DNA of 32,000 nt from assembly GCA_026387835.1 (NCBI GenBank), contig JAPLKZ010000007.1, positions 167,257 through 199,256 of the forward strand, in the 5' to 3' direction. The stretch comes from Candidatus Saganbacteria bacterium (GTDB lineage: Bacteria; Margulisbacteria; WOR-1; JAKLHX01). Of the stretch, positions 26,834 through 32,000 are shown piece after piece. The translations under genes and the position numbers were made by a program. The notes below the pieces were generated by a model. That model was not told the origin of the DNA. It ran no database searches and worked only from the letters and a program-made list of their open reading frames with translations. The number at the start of each line of letters is the position of its first letter. Positions within the stretch are counted from its first letter, which is position 1.

Positions 26834-27427
26834 TTAATATTTCCTTATCAGCCCCATCACCCTCCCTACCAGCCTGAAATTTTTGCTCACTTTTATCGGC
26901 GCGTAATTACTGTTATACGGCTGCAATACTATATGGTCGCTTCTTTTGAAATATTTTTTTACAGTCGCTTCGTCGTCGATCATTGCGACAACAATATTCC
27001 CGTTATCGGCGTCCGGCTGTGGTTTTACCAGAATAAGGTCTCCTTCGTTTATCCCCGCGTCCACCATGCTGTCCCCTTTTACGCGCAGGATAAACCCGTC
27101 GCGGGCGTTCTTGGCAAAATCCCAGGCGAGAGGGATCGTATCTTCTATATTTTCCACAGCGAGGATAGGCCGGCCTGCCGCCACCTGTCCTACAAGCGGC
27201 AGGTTTATTACCCTCTTTCTGCCGATGACCTCTATGCTCCTTGCGTTAGATGACCTCTTGATCCATCCTTTTTCCTCAAGGGCCTTAAGATGGCTGTGTA
27301 TGGCCTTTGTAGACCTTATCTTGAACTCCACGCACATCTCCCTTATTGACGGGGCAAACCCTTTTTCCTCGATAAAAGCGGACAGGTAATCAAAAACGGA
27401 CTTCTGGCGGTCGGTGAGCTCTTTCAT
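26834..27427 (-). CDS. lexA: LexA repressor, 197 aa
   Basis: LTDRQKSVFDYLSAFIEEKGFAPSIREM N-terminal DNA-binding domain, VGQVAAGRPILA cleavage site (Ala-Gly), VKGDSMVDAGINEGD catalytic Ser, and ATVKKY catalytic Lys region. Confidence 0.96.
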   Translation of the reverse strand: MKELTDRQKSVFDYLSAFIEEKGFAPSIREMCVEFKIRSTKAIHSHLKALEEKGWIKRSSNARSIEVIGRKRVINLPLVGQVAAGRPILAVENIEDTIPLAWDFAKNARDGFILRVKGDSMVDAGINEGDLILVKPQPDADNGNIVVAMIDDEATVKKYFKRSDHIVLQPYNSNYAPIKVSKNFRLVGRVMGLIRKY

Positions 27428-27459
27428 GATAGATACCTCCTTTTTTAGTAGTGAAATCC

Positions 27460-27488
27460 ATTATAGTAAACAAATGTTTACCTGTCAA
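27460..27488 (-). promoter_or_regulatory. lexA promoter with embedded dyad operator GTAAACAAATGTTTAC (27466-27481)
   Basis: On the minus strand: TTGACA (27483-27488), 17-nt spacer GGTAAACATTTGTTTAC, TATAAT (27460-27465), then AAAGGAGGT before the lexA ATG. Confidence 0.85.
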
Positions 27489-27524
27489 GACTGATCTGTC
27501 AATTGGAGTGAAAATGCGGAGGTC

Positions 27525-28925
27525 CTACCCTATCCTGTGCACTTTTATGAGGTTAGTTGTCCCGGGCTGGCCGATCGGTACTCCGGCAGTTATTATGACG
27601 AGGTCGTCCTTTTGAAGCAGCTTCTGTTCATGAACTGCTTTTTCGACGTTAATGATCATCTCGTCCGTCGTCTTGCATTCCTTCATTATTATGGCCTTGA
27701 CGCCCCAGTAAAGGGAGACCTTTCTTGCCGCCCTTTCCGATGTTACACTGGCGATTATCGGGCAGGCAGGACGCCATTTTGATACCATGAGAGCTGTTGA
27801 TCCGGAGGACGTGAATGAAATTATCGCCTTAGCGCTGACGTCCTCGCTGGTGTGTACTGCCGCGTGGGACACTGCGAGTGAGATACTATCCTTAATATCT
27901 ATTTTCCTTAGATGAGATTGCCTCTCTCTCCCCTCTTCGGCTTTGTTGATTATCCTGGTCATCATAATGACGGATTCAACAGGATATTTCCCGCTGGCGG
28001 TCTCTTCGGAGAGCATGACGGCATCCGTGCTGTCGAATATGGCGTTTGCGACATCGGTCGATTCCGCCCTGGTGGGCCTGGGATTCTCGACCATTGTCTC
28101 GAGCATCTGGCTGGCTACAATAACCGGCTTTCCGGCCTTCGCACACTTTTTTATGATGTCTTTTTGTATGATAGGCACGTCCTCCGGCGGAAGTTCCACT
28201 CCGAGGTCGCCCCTTGCGACCATTATCGCGTCGGACACGCCTATTATCTCTTCAAGGTGATTTACCGCTTCCTGGTTCTCGATCTTGGCGATCACCGGAA
28301 TAGAACATCCATAGTCCTGGCAGATCTTTTTTGCCTCGAGCACGTCATGCGCGTTCTTGGTGAAAGAGAGAGCTATATAATCCGCCTGAGCCGAGCAGGC
28401 GAACTTGATGTCCTCTTTGTCTTTTTCGGTGAGGGCTTTTTTAAATATTGACACGCCCGGGATGTTGATACCTTTGTGTTCGCCCAGACGCCCGCCTGTT
28501 ATGACCTTGCAGTGTATCTCTGTATTGCTGACGCCCGTTGCCTGAAGCTCCAACAGCCCGTTATCAATAAGAAGTTTTTGCCCGGGCTTTATAAATGAAG
28601 GGAGTTCTTTATAATCTGTCGATACCCGTTTATCGTCGCCTTCTATGTCTTTTGTAGTGATGATAAGATCGGAACCGTTCTTTAATACTGTGCTGCCGCC
28701 CTTCAGTTTTCCGGTCCTTATCCTGGGCCCCTGGAGGTCCACTATGATCCCGATATATTTATTTATCTGCCTGATGGTCTGGACGAGCTGTATGCCGTCC
28801 TTTATCACTTCGTGCGACATATTGACGCGGAAAAGATCGACCCCGGCATCAATAAGTTTTTTTATCATCTCTTTTGAAAAAGAGACAGGGCCCAGTGTAG
28901 CTATTATCTTTGTTTTGCTGTCCAT
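27525..28925 (-). CDS. pyk: Pyruvate kinase
   Basis: KIIATLGPVS, VDLFRVNMSH, VARGDLGVELP, IVASQMLETM, MLSEETASGKYP motifs. Confidence 0.97.
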   Translation of the reverse strand: MDSKTKIIATLGPVSFSKEMIKKLIDAGVDLFRVNMSHEVIKDGIQLVQTIRQINKYIGIIVDLQGPRIRTGKLKGGSTVLKNGSDLIITTKDIEGDDKRVSTDYKELPSFIKPGQKLLIDNGLLELQATGVSNTEIHCKVITGGRLGEHKGINIPGVSIFKKALTEKDKEDIKFACSAQADYIALSFTKNAHDVLEAKKICQDYGCSIPVIAKIENQEAVNHLEEIIGVSDAIMVARGDLGVELPPEDVPIIQKDIIKKCAKAGKPVIVASQMLETMVENPRPTRAESTDVANAIFDSTDAVMLSEETASGKYPVESVIMMTRIINKAEEGRERQSHLRKIDIKDSISLAVSHAAVHTSEDVSAKAIISFTSSGSTALMVSKWRPACPIIASVTSERAARKVSLYWGVKAIIMKECKTTDEMIINVEKAVHEQKLLQKDDLVIITAGVPIGQPGTTNLIKVHRIG

Positions 28926-28931
28926 ATATTA

Positions 28932-28937
28932 ATTATA
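28932..28937 (-). promoter_or_regulatory. -10 element TATAAT upstream of pyk
   Basis: Reverse complement of attata, 6 nt from the pyk start codon; no Shine-Dalgarno. Confidence 0.5.
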
Positions 28938-28944
28938 CTACATT

Positions 28945-28979
28945 CACTACCCACCACCCACTACCCACTACACACTATT
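28945..28979 (+). repeat. Heptamer tandem repeat CACTACC x5 (imperfect) in the pyk/tpiA intergenic region
   Basis: CACTACC CACCACC CACTACC CACTACA CACTATT, read directly. Confidence 0.8.
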
Positions 28980-29013
28980 TTTGCTAAACTAAAACCAGGA
29001 GGATCAAAACTAC

Positions 29014-29763
29014 ATGCGCAAACCATTGATCGCGGGGAACTGGAAGATGTTCAAGACGGCAAAGGAAGCAGCTTCCATGATAGAGGAGCTTAAAACAAAG
29101 GTCTCGGATGTGAAAGACAGGGAGATCGCGGTATGCCCTACTTTTACAGCTCTTGAATCAGCTGTAAAGGCGGCAAAAGGAAGTAATGTAAATATCGGCG
29201 GGCAGAATGTTTTCTGGGAAGAAAAAGGCGCTTTTACAGGTGAAATTGCTCCGAATATGCTGAAAGATATAGGTTGTAAATTTGTGATAATCGGCCATTC
29301 GGAGAGAAGACAATATTTCCGCGAAACGGATGAAACGGTAAACAAGAGGATATTTGCTGCGCTTAAAGCCGGATTACTACCCATAGTCTGTGTCGGAGAA
29401 ACGCTTGGACAAAGGGAAGAGAGCAAGACATTTTCAGTGGTCGAAACACAGGTCAGGAACGGTCTAAAAGGTTTGATCGTCGAACAGATGAAAAATATCG
29501 TCATCGCTTATGAACCGGTCTGGGCTATCGGGACCGGAAAAACCGCAACCCCGGCTCAGGCCCAGGAAGTCCACGCCTTCATCAGAAAACTGCTTAAAGA
29601 TATTTTCGGTCCTGAAATATCAGCTTCAACGAGGGTCCTTTACGGCGGAAGCGTGAAACCGGATAATATGAAGGAACTTATGTCTTGCGAGGATATCGAC
29701 GGCGGTCTTGTCGGCGGAGCAAGTCTTGAAGCTGAGTCATTTTCTAAAATAATAAAGTATTAA
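29014..29763 (+). CDS. tpiA: Triosephosphate isomerase
   Basis: RKPLIAGNWKMFKT, IGHSERR, AYEPVWAIGTGKTA, RVLYGGSVKPDN motifs; aggagg Shine-Dalgarno upstream. Confidence 0.98.
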   Translation: MRKPLIAGNWKMFKTAKEAASMIEELKTKVSDVKDREIAVCPTFTALESAVKAAKGSNVNIGGQNVFWEEKGAFTGEIAPNMLKDIGCKFVIIGHSERRQYFRETDETVNKRIFAALKAGLLPIVCVGETLGQREESKTFSVVETQVRNGLKGLIVEQMKNIVIAYEPVWAIGTGKTATPAQAQEVHAFIRKLLKDIFGPEISASTRVLYGGSVKPDNMKELMSCEDIDGGLVGGASLEAESFSKIIKY

Positions 29764-29786
29764 TAAACGAAAGGAAGTAAAGATAG

Positions 29787-31445
29787 ATGAATAATATCGG
29801 CGAGCTTATATGCGAAAAGTTGAAAAAAGAAAAGGTTGAAAGGCTGGAGGTGCTGAAAGACCTCTCAAAGATAGAACTTTCAGAGGGAAAGAAGTTCGAT
29901 ATTCATTCAAAAGCGGAAAAAGATCTTTCCGAGATCGCTCATAATCCTCTTCTTACTTTTAATACAGGCGGTAATATTGCAAAAAAAGCCTTAAAAGTCG
30001 GCGTTCTTTTTTCGGGAGGTCCCGCCTCCGGCGGTCATAACGTCGTTGTCGGCCTGTACGACGCGTTAAAAGAGATCGATCCAAAGAGCGAGATCATCGG
30101 TTTCATGAACGGACCTGACGGCCTTCTCAAAGCGGACGGCAGGATACTTTCAAATGAGGACATCGACAGCGTCAGGAATCAGGGCGGGTTTTACCTGCTT
30201 GGCACTTCCCGTACCAAATTTGAAAAAGAAACAAGCCTTAATAAATGCCTGGAAACGGTTAATAAATTTGATCTTGACGGTTTGCTGATCATCGGCGGTG
30301 ATGATTCAAATACTAATGCGGCGCATCTGGCTAATTTCCTGAAAAAGAGCGGCGCAAAGACAGTTGTCATCGGTATACCGAAGACGATCGACGGGGACCT
30401 TGCCTATCTCCCCTATCTGCAGACCTCGTTCGGCTTCTACACAGCGGCGAGGATCTACAGCGAAATGGTGGGTAATATATGCAGGGACCTTCCTTCAAGT
30501 AAAAAAATATGGCATTTTGTTAAGCTTATGGGCAGGTCTGCCAGCTGGATAACTCTTGAAACAGCTTTCCAGACGCGTCCGAACATCGCGCTCATTGGTG
30601 AAGAGATCAAAGAAAAGAAAATGACGCTCGTGCAGGTCGTCGACCATGTCTGCGAAGTGATAGCCGGAAGGCATGCGGCCGGCAAAGATTACGGCATCGT
30701 GCTGATACCCGAAGGAATAGTCGAGTTCATTCCGGAGGTCAAAAGATTGATCTCGGACATCAACAAAGCGATAGTGAAGATCGGGAACGATGAATTTATT
30801 AATATGCACCTTTTGGACAGAAGGGAAAAAGTCATGGTGGAACTTGACCAGGGGAATGAAAAATTATTCGCCGGTCTCCCTCACGCGGTCCAGAACGGGC
30901 TTCTTTCGGGGCTTGATCCGCACGGCAATGTCCAGGTCTCGCAGATCGCGTCCGATATCCTGCTGATGGACCTCTGCCAGGAAAAACTTTCGAAGAAAGG
31001 ATACGAGATCGGCTCAAAACTCCATAAGTTCAAGATGACCACCCAGACGCATTTCTACGGATATGACGGGAGATGCGGATATCCGACCTGGTTCGATGCA
31101 GCGTATACGTATAACCTGGGAAGAGCGGCAAGCATTCTCGTTGCCAGCGGTAAGACAGGATATATGGTAAGCATCAACGGCCTTGAAAAAGACGTTGAAA
31201 AATGGAACGCTCTGGCCATCCCTTTAGCCGGGATGATGGCGGCAGAAGAAAGAAAAGGAAAAGAAGTTATCGTAATATCAAAATATCTTGTGGACCTTGC
31301 ATCCCCTGCGTTCAAAGAATTTGCAAAGGAACGCGGTAAATGGGCCGTCGAAGATGCTTATCTCTGTCCGGGGCCTATCCAGTTCTGGGGGCCGGACGAG
31401 CTTGTTAAGACAAGAGCAGTGACGATGGGGTTGAACTCAGCTTAA
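29787..31445 (+). CDS. pfp: Diphosphate-fructose-6-phosphate 1-phosphotransferase (PPi-dependent phosphofructokinase, long form)
   Basis: LFSGGPASGGHNVVVGLYDAL, IIGGDDSNTNAA, GIPKTIDGDL, KLMGRSASWITLE, PEGIVEF motifs; 552 aa. Confidence 0.93.
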   Translation: MNNIGELICEKLKKEKVERLEVLKDLSKIELSEGKKFDIHSKAEKDLSEIAHNPLLTFNTGGNIAKKALKVGVLFSGGPASGGHNVVVGLYDALKEIDPKSEIIGFMNGPDGLLKADGRILSNEDIDSVRNQGGFYLLGTSRTKFEKETSLNKCLETVNKFDLDGLLIIGGDDSNTNAAHLANFLKKSGAKTVVIGIPKTIDGDLAYLPYLQTSFGFYTAARIYSEMVGNICRDLPSSKKIWHFVKLMGRSASWITLETAFQTRPNIALIGEEIKEKKMTLVQVVDHVCEVIAGRHAAGKDYGIVLIPEGIVEFIPEVKRLISDINKAIVKIGNDEFINMHLLDRREKVMVELDQGNEKLFAGLPHAVQNGLLSGLDPHGNVQVSQIASDILLMDLCQEKLSKKGYEIGSKLHKFKMTTQTHFYGYDGRCGYPTWFDAAYTYNLGRAASILVASGKTGYMVSINGLEKDVEKWNALAIPLAGMMAAEERKGKEVIVISKYLVDLASPAFKEFAKERGKWAVEDAYLCPGPIQFWGPDELVKTRAVTMGLNSA

Positions 31446-31583
31446 AGCTTTTCTCAGGTCTGATTTTATTCTTGTTCTTTTTTTAGCCTTATCCTTCTTC
31501 GACGGAATAATCATGGTCATCACTTTGCGCGACGGTTTTCCCCAGGCGCGGAGTTTTGGCGGTTTATTTTTTATTTTTGGCAT
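31437..31583 (-). CDS. Candidate basic 48-aa protein MPKIKNKPPKLRAWGKPSRKVMTMIIPSKKDKAKKRTRIKSDLRKALS (not in the supplied ORF track)
   Basis: Complete ATG..TGA frame; overlaps the preceding TPR gene's stop by 20 nt; aaggag upstream; 18 Lys/Arg versus 2 Asp. Confidence 0.5.
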   Translation of the reverse strand: MPKIKNKPPKLRAWGKPSRKVMTMIIPSKKDKAKKRTRIKSDLRKALS

Positions 31584-32000
31584 TTTCAAGGAGCTCCTTT
31601 ATATCACCGCTTTCCGGAGCTATTTTTAACGCGGCGGAAAAATATTCAACGGCTTTTCTATTATCATTTCGTGTTTCAGACATCTTACCGAGATTTAAGA
31701 CAGGGCTAAAATTATTTTTACAGATCTCGAATGATTTGATAAAACAACGTTCTGCTTCGTCAAAATTATTCAAATATCTATAACAGATGCCCTTCAGGTT
31801 ATAAAAATCGGATAATGTCGGAAGATCTTCATCAGAGGCAGCATCAAAATTATCCATGAGGCACAAGACAGAAGTGTAAAACTTGCGATTTATTGCATGA
31901 AGGGCTATCTTGTTGAACAAAGCCAGATTTTTGATCTGTCCCGGTCTTATGTCGAGCACCAGATTGAAACCGCAACCTAAGTTAAAATTGGTCCGATATT
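31564..32000 (-). CDS. TPR-containing protein, 5' end truncated by the window edge
   Basis: YNLKGICYRYLNNFDEAERCFIKSFEICKNNFSPVLNLGKMSETRNDNRKAVEYFSAALKIAPESGD. The listed start at 31959 is GTG, and the frame stays open to 32000 (YRTNFNLGCGFNLVLDIRPG...). Confidence 0.7.
   Translation of the reverse strand, partial: YRTNFNLGCGFNLVLDIRPGQIKNLALFNKIALHAINRKFYTSVLCLMDNFDAASDEDLPTLSDFYNLKGICYRYLNNFDEAERCFIKSFEICKNNFSPVLNLGKMSETRNDNRKAVEYFSAALKIAPESGDIKELLENAKNKK

Noticed and set aside
27912-28451. 179-aa plus-strand ORF and the other ORFs opposite pyk
   Set aside because: Antisense to conserved pyruvate kinase catalytic motifs; shadow ORFs.
1-32000. CRISPR array, tRNA/rRNA genes, transposase, restriction-modification or defence island
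   Set aside because: No regularly spaced 25-40 nt direct repeats, tRNA T-loop/acceptor patterns, transposase-like ORFs or known defence modules were found on either strand. The only repeats are short heptamers and a single palindrome.

Overview
The window looks like a mostly housekeeping segment of a bacterial genome of intermediate GC, with densely packed genes in co-directional runs. Plus strand, left to right: a partial ORF, YtxH-like protein, RACo-like ASKHA protein, argS, ilvE, acpS, nnr and mlaEFD. These are followed by an AT-richer patch (about 9.0-11.4 kb) holding an amber-interrupted glycosyltransferase/TPR gene and a small EF-hand ORF behind a long leader. Minus-strand genes then include purQ, purS, purB, ispG, a csaB-tagA fusion, a DUF5693-like membrane protein, trpB2, prfB, secA, hpf, comF, lexA and pyk. 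On the plus strand in this part are a HAD-like gene, an AlbA_2-like gene, tpiA and a PPi-dependent phosphofructokinase. The right edge carries a partial TPR gene and an unlisted basic 48-aa ORF. I found no convincing rRNA, tRNA, CRISPR array, transposon or obvious novel defence system. The most checkable observations are: (1) a single in-frame TAG in the middle of a domain of a two-domain GT2/TPR gene; (2) four genes with a -10 box 6-9 nt from the start codon and no Shine-Dalgarno, suggesting leaderless mRNAs, plus recurring TGnTATAAT boxes; (3) a TTGACA-17-TATAAT lexA promoter whose spacer carries the dyad GTAAACAAATGTTTAC; (4) an in-frame palindromic element inside the ASKHA gene; (5) heptamer tandem repeats upstream of pyk and in the nnr linker; (6) a basic 48-aa overlapping ORF; (7) a foldable leader before the EF-hand ORF.
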